A stretch of DNA of 64,000 bases from Desulfatibacillum sp. (GCA_020725555.1 DYEU01000031.1:52761-116760); one strand, 5' to 3'. Shown: positions 1 through 10,242, counted from the first letter of the stretch. The notes: generated from the sequence alone by a model not told the origin. Translations and numbers: made by a program.

Positions 1-108
1 GAGGTGGAGGCGCTGCTCCGGGAGATGCGCCTCCCCGAGCTCGCCGGGGCGCGGCGCGGCGCGATCCGCGAGATGGACCGCCTGGCCGATCTCGTCTTCG
101 GCCGCTAG
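1..108 (+). CDS. 3-prime end of an upstream CDS (partial, product unknown)
   Basis: Frame 1 is open from the window edge to TAG at 106-108. Codons nearly all end in G/C, like the confident genes. Too short to name. Confidence 0.3.
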   Translation, partial: EVEALLREMRLPELAGARRGAIREMDRLADLVFGR

Positions 109-121
109 GGAAGGAGGAGCG

Positions 122-853
122 ATGCGCTTTCAGGACAAGGTGGTGATGGTCACCGGGGCCGCCGCCGGCATCGGCCGGGTCACGGCCGAGCGCTTCGCGG
201 CCGAGGGGGCGCGGCTGGCGATCTGCGACGTGGACGCCGAGACCGGCCGCGCGGCCGCCGCCGCCCTCGGCCCGGAGGCCTTCTTCCAGGAAGTCGACAT
301 CCAGAGCGACGCCGCGGTCACGGCCTGGACGGAGGCCGTGATGGCCCGCTTCGGGCGGATCGACGTCCTCGTCAACAACGCCGGCATCACGCGCGATGCG
401 CTGCTGCTGCGCATGAAAGAGGCCGACTGGGACCGGGTTCTCGCCATCAACCTCAAGGGGGCCTTCCTCTGCACGCGCGCCGTCGCCCGCCACATGGTCC
501 AGCAGCGCTCCGGCCGGATCGTGAACGTGGCCTCGGTGGTGGGCCAGATCGGCAACGTCGGCCAGGCGAACTACGTCGCCTCCAAGGCCGGGCTGATCGG
601 GCTGACCAAGACCGCGGCGCGCGAGTTCGCCGGCCGCGGCGTGACCGTTAACGCCGTCGCCCCCGGGTTTATCGAGACGCGGATGACCGCGGTGCTGAGC
701 GAGAAGGTCAAGGAGGCCTTTCTCGCCCAGATCCCGCTCGGCCGCCCGGGCCGGCCGGAGGACGTCGCGGCCGCGATCGCCTTTCTCGCTTCGGACGACG
801 CCGCCTACCTGACGGGCCAGGTGCTGCACGTGAGCGGCGGCATGTACATGTGA
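122..853 (+). CDS. fabG: 3-oxoacyl-ACP reductase (SDR family)
   Basis: N-terminal TGAAAGIG Rossmann motif, NNAG, and the YVASKAG catalytic Y-x3-K. GGAGGAG RBS upstream. Sits directly before acpP and fabF. Confidence 0.9.
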   Translation: MRFQDKVVMVTGAAAGIGRVTAERFAAEGARLAICDVDAETGRAAAAALGPEAFFQEVDIQSDAAVTAWTEAVMARFGRIDVLVNNAGITRDALLLRMKEADWDRVLAINLKGAFLCTRAVARHMVQQRSGRIVNVASVVGQIGNVGQANYVASKAGLIGLTKTAAREFAGRGVTVNAVAPGFIETRMTAVLSEKVKEAFLAQIPLGRPGRPEDVAAAIAFLASDDAAYLTGQVLHVSGGMYM

Positions 854-928
854 GGAGGGGGGCCGCCCGCCGACCCCCCCGGAAATCCCGGCGGCTGCGC
901 GCCGCCGACCCACGGAGGAACGCCCATC

Positions 929-1171
929 ATGGCCACGGTTGAAGAGATCCAGGAGAAGGTGAAGAAGATCATTGCCGAGAAGCTGAGCGTGGAGCTGTCG
1001 GAGGTGAAGCCGGAGGCCTCGTTCGTCGACGACCTCGGGGCGGACTCGCTCGACCTCGTCGAGCTGATCATGTCGATGGAGGAGGAGTTCGGCGTCGAGA
1101 TTTCCGACGAGGACGCCGAGAAGATCCTTACCGTCCAGGACGCCATGGATTACATCGCCCGGCGCAAGTGA
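929..1171 (+). CDS. acpP: acyl carrier protein
   Basis: 80 aa with the [12 protein letters not shown] phosphopantetheine-attachment motif, between fabG and fabF. Confidence 0.95.
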   Translation: MATVEEIQEKVKKIIAEKLSVELSEVKPEASFVDDLGADSLDLVELIMSMEEEFGVEISDEDAEKILTVQDAMDYIARRK

Positions 1172-1202
1172 CCGCGGCGGCGGGTTGCCACAAGGAGGCG
1201 GT

Positions 1203-2447
1203 TTGAAAAAACGGGTTGTCGTCACGGGTCTGGGGCTCGTCTGCCCCGTCGGCATCGGCGTGGAAGAAAGCTGGCGGGCGATCTGCGAGGGCCGCTCCGG
1301 CATCACGCGGATCACCCGTTTCGACCCTGCCCCCTACGAGACGCAGATCGCGGGGGAGGTGAAGGGCTTCCGGGCGGAAGACTGGATGAGCAAGAAGGAC
1401 GCCAAGCGCTTCGAGCCGTTCATCTCCTACGCCGTCGCCGCGACGCGGCTCGCCCTGGACGACGCCCGGCTGACGATCACCGCGGAGAACGGGCCGCGGG
1501 TGGGGGTCGTCACCGGCTGCGGGCTGGGGGGGCTGCGCTTCATGGAGGAGACCATCCTCAACATCCACACCAACGGCCCGCGGCGGGTGAGCCCCTTTTT
1601 CATCCCCATGATGATCGGCAACATGGCCCCCGGCATGATCTCGATCCTCTTCGGGGCCAAAGGGCCCAACCTCTCCTTCGCCACCGCCTGCGCGGCCGGC
1701 GCGCACGCCGTGGGGGATTCCTTCAAGATCATCCAGGAGGGCCGCGCCGACGCCATGATCACCGGGGGCACCGAGGCCGTCATTTCCCCCTCCTGCATCG
1801 CGGGCTTCAACGCCATGAAGGCCCTCTCCACGCGCAACGCCGAGCCCGAGCGGGCCTCGCGGCCCTTCGACCGCGACCGCGACGGCTTCGTCCCCGGCGA
1901 GGGGGCGGGGATCGTCATCCTCGAGGAACTCGAGCACGCGCTGCGGCGGGGGGCGCGGATCTACGCCGAGCTGATCGGCTACGGCCTGACCGGCGACGGC
2001 TACCACATCACCTCGCCGCCGCCCGACGGCGAGGGCGCCGCCCGCTGCATGCAGATGGCCCTCGACGACGCGGGGATCGCCCGCGAGGAAGTCGACTACA
2101 TCAACGCCCACGGGACCTCGACCGAGCTGAACGACCTCTACGAGACGCGCGCCATCAAGCAGGTGTTCGGGGAGCACGCCTACCGCCTGGCCGTGAGCTC
2201 CACCAAGTCCATGACCGGCCACCTCCTGGGCGGTGCGGGCGGCGTCGAGGCCGTCTTTTCCGCCCTCGCCGTCTACCACGACATCCTCCCCCCCACCATC
2301 AACTACGAAAACCCGGCCGAGGAGCTGGACCTGGACTACGTCCCCAACCGCGCCCGCAAGGCGCGGGTGAACGTCGCCATGTCGAACTCCTTCGGCTTCG
2401 GCGGGACGAACGCCGCTCTCCTGTTCCGCAAGTTCACGGGGCCCTGA
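1203..2447 (+). CDS. fabF: beta-ketoacyl-ACP synthase II
   Basis: [10 protein letters not shown]-terminus, active-site ATACAAG, HGTST and GFGG motifs. The track start (TTG 1185) overlaps the AAGGAGG RBS at 1192-1198, so the in-frame TTG at 1203 is the likelier start. Confidence 0.9.
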   Translation: MKKRVVVTGLGLVCPVGIGVEESWRAICEGRSGITRITRFDPAPYETQIAGEVKGFRAEDWMSKKDAKRFEPFISYAVAATRLALDDARLTITAENGPRVGVVTGCGLGGLRFMEETILNIHTNGPRRVSPFFIPMMIGNMAPGMISILFGAKGPNLSFATACAAGAHAVGDSFKIIQEGRADAMITGGTEAVISPSCIAGFNAMKALSTRNAEPERASRPFDRDRDGFVPGEGAGIVILEELEHALRRGARIYAELIGYGLTGDGYHITSPPPDGEGAARCMQMALDDAGIAREEVDYINAHGTSTELNDLYETRAIKQVFGEHAYRLAVSSTKSMTGHLLGGAGGVEAVFSALAVYHDILPPTINYENPAEELDLDYVPNRARKARVNVAMSNSFGFGGTNAALLFRKFTGP

Positions 2448-2469
2448 GGGCCCCCCCGCCCCGTTTTTT
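2438..2469 (+). terminator. possible terminator after fabF
   Basis: GGGGCCC-TGA-GGGCCCC hairpin with the stop codon in the loop, then a T6 run at 2464-2469. Confidence 0.35.
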
Positions 2470-2472
2470 CTC

Positions 2473-2501
2473 TTGCGGCGAAAATTCGGGGCGGATAGTA
2501 T
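2473..2501 (+). promoter_or_regulatory. candidate sigma-70 promoter for the deaminase-nrdR-rib run
   Basis: TTGCGG-N17-TAGTAT, read by eye in the only intergenic gap upstream of 2594. Confidence 0.3.
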
Positions 2502-2593
2502 GATTCTTTCGATTCCAGGCGGTTAGCAGGCCGGAAGCGGGATCGTGGCCGCGGCTGTCCCCCCGGGGGCGGCCGCGGGAAAGCGAGGAGGCC

Positions 2594-3154
2594 ATGCCGG
2601 CGGCGGAGCGGCCCAGCTGGGAAACCTACTTCATGGACATCACCCGTCTCGTCGCCCGGCGCACGACCTGCCTGCGCCGGGCCGTGGGGGCGGTGATCGT
2701 CAAGGACAAGCGCATCCTCGCCACGGGCTACAACGGGGCGCCGACCGGGATCCGGCACTGCGCCGAGGTCGGCTGCCTGCGGGAAAGCCTGGGGGTGGAA
2801 TCCGGCATGCGCCACGAACTGTGCCGGGGGATCCACGCCGAGCAGAACGCCATCCTGCAGGCCGCCTACCACGGCGTCTCGGTCAAGGGCGCGCACCTTT
2901 ACTGCACCACCCAGCCCTGCTCCATCTGCGCCAAGATGATCATCAACGCCGGGATCACGAAGATCTACTACGAATCCGGCTACGCCGACGAGCTGGCGCA
3001 GGCCCTGCTGGAAGAGGCGGGGATCCCCACGGTCTGCCTGGCCGGGGAGGCCAAGGCGGGGGCGCGGGCGGCGGGGCGCACGGGGGGGGCCTGCGGGCGC
3101 TGCCCCCGGCCGGCGGGAAAGGCAGGGGCAGATGAAGTGCCCGTTCTGCGGTGA
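2594..3154 (+). CDS. dCMP deaminase (CMP/dCMP deaminase zinc-binding family, ComEB-like)
   Basis: HAEQNAI and [14 protein letters not shown] zinc-ligand motifs. The low-complexity tail overlaps the nrdR start by 23 nt. Confidence 0.8.
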   Translation: MPAAERPSWETYFMDITRLVARRTTCLRRAVGAVIVKDKRILATGYNGAPTGIRHCAEVGCLRESLGVESGMRHELCRGIHAEQNAILQAAYHGVSVKGAHLYCTTQPCSICAKMIINAGITKIYYESGYADELAQALLEEAGIPTVCLAGEAKAGARAAGRTGGACGRCPRPAGKAGADEVPVLR

Positions 3155-3644
3155 GATCGAAAACCGGGTGATCGACAGCCGCCTGAGCAAGGACGCGCGC
3201 GTCATCCGCCGCCGGCGGGAGTGCCTCGCCTGCAGCCGGCGCTTCACGACCTACGAGCACATCGAGGAGATCCCGATCCTGATCGTGAAGAAGGACGGCC
3301 GCCGGGAGCTCTTCAGCCGGGAGAAAGTCCGCACGGGCATGCTCAAGGCCTGCGAGAAGCGCAACATCAGCCTGAACCTCATCGAGGGCTTCATCGAGGA
3401 CCTCGAGCGCGACCTGCGCGAAAGCGAGGAGAAGGAGATCCCCTCCTCGGTCATCGGCGAAAAGATCATGGCCAAGCTGCACGAGCTCGACGACGTGGCC
3501 TACGTGCGCTTCGCCTCGGTCTATCGCGAGTTCAAGGACGTCCACGATTTCGTGCTCGAGCTGAAAAAGCTGCTGAGCAGCGAAAAAGCCCCCCTGCTCG
3601 AAGACAAACCCGATCCGGCCGGCGGGCCGCCCGGGACCCGATGA
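3132..3644 (+). CDS. nrdR: transcriptional repressor NrdR
   Basis: MKCPFCG...[12 protein letters not shown] zinc ribbon followed by an ATP-cone. Confidence 0.95.
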   Translation: MKCPFCGEIENRVIDSRLSKDARVIRRRRECLACSRRFTTYEHIEEIPILIVKKDGRRELFSREKVRTGMLKACEKRNISLNLIEGFIEDLERDLRESEEKEIPSSVIGEKIMAKLHELDDVAYVRFASVYREFKDVHDFVLELKKLLSSEKAPLLEDKPDPAGGPPGTR

Positions 3645-4801
3645 ACCCCGAGGAGCGTTTCATGCGGCGCGCCCTCGCGCTGGCGAGGCGGGGGCGGGGG
3701 TGGACCTCGCCCAACCCCATGGTGGGGGCGGTCGTGGTGCGCGAGGGGCGGGTCGTCGGGGAGGGGTTCCACGCCGCGGCGGGCGAAGCGCACGCCGAGG
3801 TGCGGGCGCTTGAGGCCGCGGGCGGCCGGGCCCGCGGGGCCGAGCTCTACGTGACGCTCGAGCCCTGCAACCACCACGGCCGGACCCCCCCGTGCACGCA
3901 CGCCATCGTCGCCGCCGGCATCCGGCGGGTGGTCATCGCCGCCCGCGACCCCAACCCGCGCGTCGCCGGCGGCGGGGCGGCCTTTCTCGCCGAGCGCGGC
4001 CTGGAGGTGGTCCTGGGGGTGCTCGCCGCGGAGGCCTCGCGGCTGAACGAGGCCTTCTTCAAGCACTGCCGCACCGGCCTCCCCTTCGTCACGGTCAAGT
4101 GCGCCTCCACCCTGGACGGGCGGATCGCCACCCGCACCGGGGATGCGCGCTGGATCACCGGCGAGGCGGCGCGCCGGCGGGTGCACGAGCTGCGGCACGC
4201 CGCGGACGCGATCCTGGTCGGCGTCGGCACGGTCGTCGCCGACGACCCGCAGCTCACCACCCGGCTCCCGGCCGGCCGCCGCGGCAAGGACCCCCTGCGC
4301 GTCGTGCTCGACCCGCGGCTGCGAATCCCCCCGGCGGCGCGGGTGCTGCATCCCGGCTCCGCCGCCGGGACCCTGATCGTCGCCGGCGAGGGGGTCCCCG
4401 CGGAAGCCCGGCGGCGCCTGGAGCGGCCGGGGGTGGAGGTGATCGGCTGCCCCGCGCCCGGCGGCCGGATCGACTGGAGCGCGCTGCTTGCGGAGCTGGG
4501 GTCCCGGGGGGTGATGAGCCTGCTGATCGAGGGCGGAAGCCGGGTCTTCGCCTCGGCCTTCCGGGCGGGTGTTGTGGACAAGGCCTGCTTCTTCATCGCC
4601 CCGATCCTCTTCGCCGGCGACGACGGGGTCCCGGTCTGCGCGGGGCCCGGGGTGGCCGCGGTGCGCGAGGCGATCCGCCTCCAGCGGGCCGAAACGCGGC
4701 GGCTCGGGGAGGATCTGCTGATCGAGGGCTACCCCGCGCCGGCGGGGGACGCCCCCGGGGGCGGCGGTCCGGGGCCCGGCGCTTTGCCGCCCGGCGCCTG
4801 A
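3641..4801 (+). CDS. ribD: bifunctional riboflavin deaminase/reductase RibD
   Basis: In-frame ATG at 3641 forms an ATGA overlap with the nrdR stop. MRRALALA...PNPMVGAVVV, HAEV and PCNHHGRTPPC deaminase motifs, then a RibD_C reductase domain. The upstream part of track ORF 3221-4801 is an off-frame read of nrdR. Confidence 0.9.
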   Translation: MNPEERFMRRALALARRGRGWTSPNPMVGAVVVREGRVVGEGFHAAAGEAHAEVRALEAAGGRARGAELYVTLEPCNHHGRTPPCTHAIVAAGIRRVVIAARDPNPRVAGGGAAFLAERGLEVVLGVLAAEASRLNEAFFKHCRTGLPFVTVKCASTLDGRIATRTGDARWITGEAARRRVHELRHAADAILVGVGTVVADDPQLTTRLPAGRRGKDPLRVVLDPRLRIPPAARVLHPGSAAGTLIVAGEGVPAEARRRLERPGVEVIGCPAPGGRIDWSALLAELGSRGVMSLLIEGGSRVFASAFRAGVVDKACFFIAPILFAGDDGVPVCAGPGVAAVREAIRLQRAETRRLGEDLLIEGYPAPAGDAPGGGGPGPGALPPGA

Positions 4802-4852
4802 AGCCTTATGTTGGGGAGCGAACGGCGGCCCGGGGCCGCCGGGGGAGGAGCG

Positions 4853-5512
4853 GTGTTCACCGGAATCATCGAAGGCCTGGGGACGGTGCGGGCCGTCCAC
4901 CCCTCGGGGGCCGGCCTCCGGCTGGCGATCGAGGCCGACTTCGACCTCGAGGGCACCCGTGTCGGCGACAGCCTCTGCGTGGACGGCGCCTGCCTGACCG
5001 TGGTGCGGCGCGCGGGCCGGAGCGTCGAGGCGGACGTTTCCCCCGAAACGGTCGCGCGGACGACCTTCGGCGCCCTGCGGCCGGGCGCGCGGGTGAACCT
5101 GGAGCGGGCCCTGCGGCTCGGGGACCGGCTGGACGGCCACCTCGTCTCCGGCCACGTGGACGGGACCGGGTGGATCGCCTCCCGCGAGCCGCTCGGCAAC
5201 GCCTTGCGCATCGGCTTCCGCGCGCCCGCCGAGCTCACCCGGGGGATGATCCCCAAAGGGTCGGTCGCGGTCGACGGGGTGAGCCTCACGATCAACCGCC
5301 TGGAGCGCGAGCGCTTCGAGGTCGCGGTCATCCCGCACACGGCCTCGTGGACGACGCTCGGGGCCAAGGAGATCGGCCGGGCCGTGAACATCGAAACCGA
5401 CCTGGTCGGCAAGTACATCGAGCGGTTCCTGCGGCACCCCCGGCAGGAGGGGGAGGCCGCCGCGGCCGGCGTCAGCCTCGAGCAGCTCGCGCGGGCGGGG
5501 TTCATCCGGTAG
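4853..5512 (+). CDS. ribE: riboflavin synthase alpha chain
   Basis: Family N-terminus (V)FTGIIEGLG begins at GTG 4853, just after a GGGGGAGGAG RBS. Duplicated lumazine-binding repeats ([11 protein letters not shown] and [11 protein letters not shown]). Confidence 0.85.
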   Translation: MFTGIIEGLGTVRAVHPSGAGLRLAIEADFDLEGTRVGDSLCVDGACLTVVRRAGRSVEADVSPETVARTTFGALRPGARVNLERALRLGDRLDGHLVSGHVDGTGWIASREPLGNALRIGFRAPAELTRGMIPKGSVAVDGVSLTINRLERERFEVAVIPHTASWTTLGAKEIGRAVNIETDLVGKYIERFLRHPRQEGEAAAAGVSLEQLARAGFIR

Positions 5513-5550
5513 GGGCCGGCGCCGCTCGGGGGAAGGATCGGGTCAGGGTC

Positions 5551-6765
5551 ATGCGGTATCTCGCCATCGAAGAAGCCATCGAGGAAATCCGCCGCGGCCG
5601 GATGATCATCCTGGCCGACGGGCGGGACCCCGAATCCGAGGGGGATTTCTGCATGGCGGCCGAAAAGGTCACCCCCGAGGCCGTCAATTTCATGGCCCGC
5701 CAGGGCCGCGGCCTCATCTGCCTGTCGCTGTCGCGCGAGAAGGCCAGGGCCCTCGATCTCCCCCCGATGGTCGAGAACAACACCTCGCGCTACGGCACCG
5801 GATTCACGGTCTCGATCGATGCGCGCAGCGGGATCACCTCCGGCCTGTCGGCCGCCGACCGCGCGCACACGATCCGCACCGCGGTCGCCCCCGGGGCGCG
5901 CCCCGAGGACCTCGTGCGGCCGGGCCACGTCTTCCCCCTCATGGCGCGCGAGGGCGGGGTGATCGTGCGCACGGGACAGACCGAGGGGTCGGTGGACCTC
6001 GCGCGGCTGGCGGGGCTCACCCCGGCCGGGGTCATCTGCGGCATCCTCGACGAGGACGGCGCGATGGCCCGGACGCCGGCGCTCGAGGCCATCAGCCGCG
6101 AGCACGGCATCGGCATCTGCACGATCACCGACCTCATCGAATACCGCATGCGCACCGAGTCCTTCGTCCACCGCGTGGCCGAGGCGACCATCCCCACGGT
6201 GATCGCCGGCGAATTCCGGGCGGTGGTCTACGAGAACGACATCGACGATTTTCTGCACTTCGCCATGGTCAAGGGCCGGATCGACCCGGAGAAACCCGTG
6301 CTCGTGCGGGTGCACTCCGAGTGCCTCACGGGGGACATCTTCGGGTCGCTGCGCTGCGATTGCGGCCCGCAGCTCCACCGGGCGCTGGCGATGATGGAGG
6401 AGGAGGGCAGCGGGGTGCTCCTCTACATCCGGCAGGAGGGGCGGGGCATCGGGCTGGTGAACAAGATCCGCGCCTACAGCTTGCAGGAGCAGGGGCTGGA
6501 CACGGTCGAGGCGAACCTGCAGCTCGGGTTCCAGCCCGACATGCGCAACTACGGCATCGGCGCCCAGATCCTCGCCGATCTCGGCGTGCGCCGCATGCGG
6601 CTGCTCACCAACAACCCGCGCAAGATGATCGGGCTGGAAGGCTACGGGCTGCGCATCGTGGAGCAGGTGCCGATCGAGGTGGAGCCCAACGAGTTCAACC
6701 GGTGCTACCTTGCGTGCAAGAAATTCAAGATGGGACACCTGCTGTCGCTCGAAAAAACCCCATGA
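5551..6765 (+). CDS. ribBA: bifunctional DHBP synthase / GTP cyclohydrolase II
   Basis: ATG 5551 is in frame with track ORF 3892-6765. DHBP synthase motifs ([16 protein letters not shown]) are followed by RibA motifs ([21 protein letters not shown]). Confidence 0.9.
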   Translation: MRYLAIEEAIEEIRRGRMIILADGRDPESEGDFCMAAEKVTPEAVNFMARQGRGLICLSLSREKARALDLPPMVENNTSRYGTGFTVSIDARSGITSGLSAADRAHTIRTAVAPGARPEDLVRPGHVFPLMAREGGVIVRTGQTEGSVDLARLAGLTPAGVICGILDEDGAMARTPALEAISREHGIGICTITDLIEYRMRTESFVHRVAEATIPTVIAGEFRAVVYENDIDDFLHFAMVKGRIDPEKPVLVRVHSECLTGDIFGSLRCDCGPQLHRALAMMEEEGSGVLLYIRQEGRGIGLVNKIRAYSLQEQGLDTVEANLQLGFQPDMRNYGIGAQILADLGVRRMRLLTNNPRKMIGLEGYGLRIVEQVPIEVEPNEFNRCYLACKKFKMGHLLSLEKTP

Positions 6766-6803
6766 CGCCCCGGGCGACCGGGGAAGGCGAAGCGGAGGAG
6801 GGC

Positions 6804-7268
6804 ATGCCGAAGGTCATCGAAGGGCCCCTGCGGGCGGAAGGCAAGCAGTTCGCGATCGTGGCCAGCCGCTACAACGATTTCATCACCGGAAAACTGCTCG
6901 AGGGGGCGCTCGATGCGCTCACCCGCTGCGGGGCGCGCGACGGGGACATCGAGGTCGTCAAGGTCCCGGGCGCCTTCGAGATCCCGCTGGCGGCCAAGCG
7001 GCTGGCGGCGAGCGGCCGCTTCCACGCGGTGATCTGCCTCGGGGCCGTGATCCGGGGCGCGACCCCGCATTTCGACTTCGTCGCCGCCGAGACCTCCAAG
7101 GGGATCGCCGCGGTGATGATGGAATCCGGGCTGCCGGTGATCTTCGGGGTGATCACGGTGGACACGATCGAGCAGGCGATCGAGCGCGCCGGCACCAAGC
7201 TCGACAACAAGGGGTTCAGCGCGGCCATGGCCGCGGTCGAGATGGCGAACCTGGTCGAGCGGCTCTGA
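6804..7268 (+). CDS. ribH: 6,7-dimethyl-8-ribityllumazine synthase
   Basis: ATG 6804 after a [32 protein letters not shown] and GATPHFDFV motifs. Confidence 0.9.
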   Translation: MPKVIEGPLRAEGKQFAIVASRYNDFITGKLLEGALDALTRCGARDGDIEVVKVPGAFEIPLAAKRLAASGRFHAVICLGAVIRGATPHFDFVAAETSKGIAAVMMESGLPVIFGVITVDTIEQAIERAGTKLDNKGFSAAMAAVEMANLVERL

Positions 7269-7272
7269 GGCG

Positions 7273-7887
7273 ATGGGCGCCCGTCGCAAAGCGCGCGAAG
7301 CGGCCCTGCAGGCGCTGTTCTACATGGACCACGCCGGGGAGTTCACGCCGCAGGCGCTGGAGCGGTTCCGCGGCGAGTTCGCCCCCAAGCCGGAGGCGGC
7401 GGCCTACTTCGAGCGCCTGGTGCGCGGGGTGATGGCGGCGCGCGGGGTTCTCGACCCCCTGATCGAGCGGTACTCGGAGAACTGGAGCCTCGAGCGCATG
7501 GGGGGGGTCGACCGCAACGTAATGCGGATCGCCCTCTTCGAGATGCTCTGCTGCGAGGACATCCCTCACCGCGTGAGCATCGACGAGGCCGTCGACCTCG
7601 GCAAGAAGTTCGGCGGGGAGGAATCCGGGGCCTTCATCAACGGCATCGTGGACCGCATCCGCCTTGCCCTCGAGCGGGGCGAGGTCCAGCGGCCGGCGCC
7701 GGAGGAGATCGGCGCCGCCCCCGGCGGCGCGGCCGAGGAGCCGGCCGCGGAGGCGCAGGCGGGGCCGGCGCCCCCGCCCCCGGCGGCGGAGGCCGACGCG
7801 GAGGCGGGCCGCCCCCGGCGGCGCTACGTCCGCCCCGGCGGACCCCCCCCGCGAAAGAAAGCCAATGCCACAGGAGGACGTTCATGA
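7273..7887 (+). CDS. nusB: transcription antitermination factor NusB with a long A/P/R-rich tail
   Basis: ARRKAREAALQALF N-terminus and the SIDEAVDLGKKFGGEES...FINGIVD core. The last roughly 65 aa are low complexity. Confidence 0.85.
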   Translation: MGARRKAREAALQALFYMDHAGEFTPQALERFRGEFAPKPEAAAYFERLVRGVMAARGVLDPLIERYSENWSLERMGGVDRNVMRIALFEMLCCEDIPHRVSIDEAVDLGKKFGGEESGAFINGIVDRIRLALERGEVQRPAPEEIGAAPGGAAEEPAAEAQAGPAPPPPAAEADAEAGRPRRRYVRPGGPPPRKKANATGGRS

Positions 7888-8516
7888 TCATCCGACAGCT
7901 CGCCGTGGGGCCGCTTCAGGCCAACTGCTTCATCGTCGGCTGTGAGCGAACCCGCCGCGCCGCGGTCATCGACCCGGGCGACGAGGCGGACCGCATTCTC
8001 CTCGCCCTCGCCGAGCGCGGCCTGACCGTGACCCACATCCTGAACACCCACGGCCACTTCGACCATGTCGGCGCAAACCGCCGCCTGAAGCAGGCGACCG
8101 GGGCCCCGCTCCTGATTCACGCGCTCGATGCGCCCATGTTGCGGCTGCTCGCCCGCACGGCGGCCGCCTGGGGCATGGCGGCCGAAAACTCCCCCGACCC
8201 CGACCGCCTGATCGCCGAGGGGGAGACGATCCCGGTGGGGGAGCTCGCCCTGCAGGTGATCCACACGCCCGGCCACACGCCCGGCGGGGTCTCTTTTTAC
8301 GCCGACGGCTGCCTCTTCGTGGGCGACACGCTCTTTGCCGGCTCCGTCGGCCGCACGGATTTCCCCGGGGGCGATTTCGACACCCTGCGGCGGAGCATCC
8401 AGGAAAAGCTCTTCCGCCTGCCCGACGAGGTGCGGGTGTTCACCGGCCACGGGCCGGAGACGACGATCGGCGAGGAAAAGCGCACCAACCCCTTCGTCGG
8501 CCTCCGGCTGCGGTAG
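7884..8516 (+). CDS. MBL-fold metallo-hydrolase (glyoxalase II-like)
   Basis: HTHGHFDHVGAN and HTPGHTPG motifs. ATGA overlap with the nusB stop. Confidence 0.8.
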   Translation: MIIRQLAVGPLQANCFIVGCERTRRAAVIDPGDEADRILLALAERGLTVTHILNTHGHFDHVGANRRLKQATGAPLLIHALDAPMLRLLARTAAAWGMAAENSPDPDRLIAEGETIPVGELALQVIHTPGHTPGGVSFYADGCLFVGDTLFAGSVGRTDFPGGDFDTLRRSIQEKLFRLPDEVRVFTGHGPETTIGEEKRTNPFVGLRLR

Positions 8517-8539
8517 GCGGCGCGGCGTTCGGGGGGGGC

Positions 8540-8965
8540 TCAGAAGGCGCCGAGCTGGCAGGGCTTGATGCGCACCGCGAGCGCCTCGCAGGCCGCGCTC
8601 ACGGCCATGCGGGGCAGCCCCAAGCGCGCGGCGATCTCCCAGGCCGCGCGGCAGGGCAGGCGGCCCTCGGCCAGCGCGGCGCGGATCGCCGCCGCGAGGG
8701 GCTCCTCGACCTGCGCGGCGGGTTTCACGATTTTTTTCTCGGGGAGGTAGCCGAACAGCCCGAGCTGGCAGCGCACCAGGCGGACTCCCAGGCGGTCGGC
8801 CGCGCGGCCGATCTCGATCGGGGCAAGGCCGAGCCGGTCGGCGAGGGCGAAGGCCTCGGCGCAGGCGAGGCGCCCCTCCGGCGCGCTCCGGCGCAGGTCC
8901 TCTTCGAGGCCGTGCGCGGGGGAAGAGGGGTCGGGACGGGGCCCGCTCGAATCCGGGGACGGCAT
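8540..8965 (-). CDS. hypothetical protein built from two copies of a Cys-x30-CQLG-x-F module
   Basis: The ATG (plus-strand CAT at 8963-8965) is preceded by a GGAGGA RBS. Only the C-terminal 141 aa of track ORF 8540-9655 look coding. The internal duplication is offset by exactly 70 residues. Confidence 0.6.
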   Translation of the reverse strand: MPSPDSSGPRPDPSSPAHGLEEDLRRSAPEGRLACAEAFALADRLGLAPIEIGRAADRLGVRLVRCQLGLFGYLPEKKIVKPAAQVEEPLAAAIRAALAEGRLPCRAAWEIAARLGLPRMAVSAACEALAVRIKPCQLGAF

Positions 8966-9107
8966 GGCTTCCTCCTTGCAGGACAGGCGCCGGGGCGTGC
9001 CCGGCGCGTGGGCGTCGGGGGGGACGGGGTCTCCCCCTTGCGGGGCGGCTACCACATTAGCGGCCCGCAGGCAAGCGGGGCGCCGGGGCGGAGGGAAGCG
9101 AAGGTCC

Positions 9108-10214
9108 ATGGAGCATCGCCGCATCTCGCGCCGCATCCAGGTCGGCGCGGTCGCCGTGGGCGGGGGCGCGCCGATCGCCGTCCAGTCGATGACCAACACG
9201 CCGACCGCGGACGTCGCGGCCACGGTGCGCCAGATCCGGCGGCTCGAGGAGGCCGGCTGCGAGATCGTGCGCGTGGCCGTGCCCGACCGCGAGGCGGCCG
9301 ACGCGATCCAGCGCATCAAGCGGGAGATTTCCCTCCCGCTCGTCGCCGACATCCATTTCGACGCGCGCCTTGCCGTGCGCGCCGCCCGGGCCGGCGCCGA
9401 CGGCCTGCGCATCAACCCCGGCAACATCGGCGCCCCGTCCCGGGTGCGGGAGGTGGTCGCCTGCGCCCGCGACCGCGGCATCCCGATCCGCATCGGCGTC
9501 AACGCCGGGTCGCTTGAAAAATCGATCGTGCGCCAATACCAAGGGGTGACGGCCGAGGGGATGGTGGAAAGCGCCCTGCGGCACATCGACCGGATCCGCG
9601 GCTGGGATTTCCACGACCTCAAGGTCTCGCTCAAGGCCTCCGACGTCCCGCGCACCGTCGCCGCCTACCGGTTGATCGCCCGCAAGACCGATCTGCCGCT
9701 GCACCTCGGGGTCACCGAGACCGGGACCCGGGTCGGTGGGCTCGTGAAGTCGGCCCTGGGGATCGGCATGCTCCTCGCCGAGGGCATCGGCGACACCCTG
9801 CGGGTTTCGCTCACCTGCGACCCCGTGGAGGAGGTCCGGGCGGGCTGGGAGATCCTGCGGGCGCTCGAGATCCGGCGCCGCGGCCCGGAGATCATCGCCT
9901 GCCCCACCTGCGGCCGCACGCGCATCGACCTCTTCGCCCTCGTCGAGCGGGTCGAGCGGGAGATCGCGGGCATCGCCGCGCCGCTCAAGGTGGCCGTGAT
10001 GGGTTGTGTCGTCAACGGGCCCGGGGAGGCGCGGGAGGCCGACGTGGGGATCGCCGGCGGGGACGGGGCCGGCATCCTCTTCCGCAAGGGCAAGGTCGTC
10101 CGCCGCCTCCGCGAGGAGGAGCTGGCCGAGGCGCTGGTCGCCGAGGTCCGCCGGCTCGCGGCGGAGCCGCCGCGGGAGCCCGGCCGCGGAACCGGCGGGG
10201 AAGCCGGTTTGTGA
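9108..10214 (+). CDS. ispG: 4-hydroxy-3-methylbut-2-enyl diphosphate synthase
   Basis: RISRRIQVGAVAVGGGAPIAVQSMTNT N-terminus, plus CPTCGR and GCVVNGPGE Fe-S motifs. ATG 9108 is in frame with the track ORF. Confidence 0.9.
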   Translation: MEHRRISRRIQVGAVAVGGGAPIAVQSMTNTPTADVAATVRQIRRLEEAGCEIVRVAVPDREAADAIQRIKREISLPLVADIHFDARLAVRAARAGADGLRINPGNIGAPSRVREVVACARDRGIPIRIGVNAGSLEKSIVRQYQGVTAEGMVESALRHIDRIRGWDFHDLKVSLKASDVPRTVAAYRLIARKTDLPLHLGVTETGTRVGGLVKSALGIGMLLAEGIGDTLRVSLTCDPVEEVRAGWEILRALEIRRRGPEIIACPTCGRTRIDLFALVERVEREIAGIAAPLKVAVMGCVVNGPGEAREADVGIAGGDGAGILFRKGKVVRRLREEELAEALVAEVRRLAAEPPREPGRGTGGEAGL

Positions 10215-10242
10215 ATCTCTGACGAAAGGAAACGCAACGCCG

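Noticed and set aside
3892-5550. The N-terminal 553 aa of the 957-aa plus-strand track ORF 3892-6765.
   Set aside because: It is an off-frame read across ribD and ribE (R/P/G-rich). RibBA homology begins at ATG 5551.
3521-6738. Long minus-strand ORFs (3521-5437 at 638 aa, and 4729-6738 at 669 aa) opposite the rib genes.
   Set aside because: Their translations are R/G/P/A/D-rich with no recognisable motifs. They lie antisense to ribD, ribE and ribBA, which have unmistakable family motifs. This is the typical stop-codon-poor antisense of GC-rich coding DNA.
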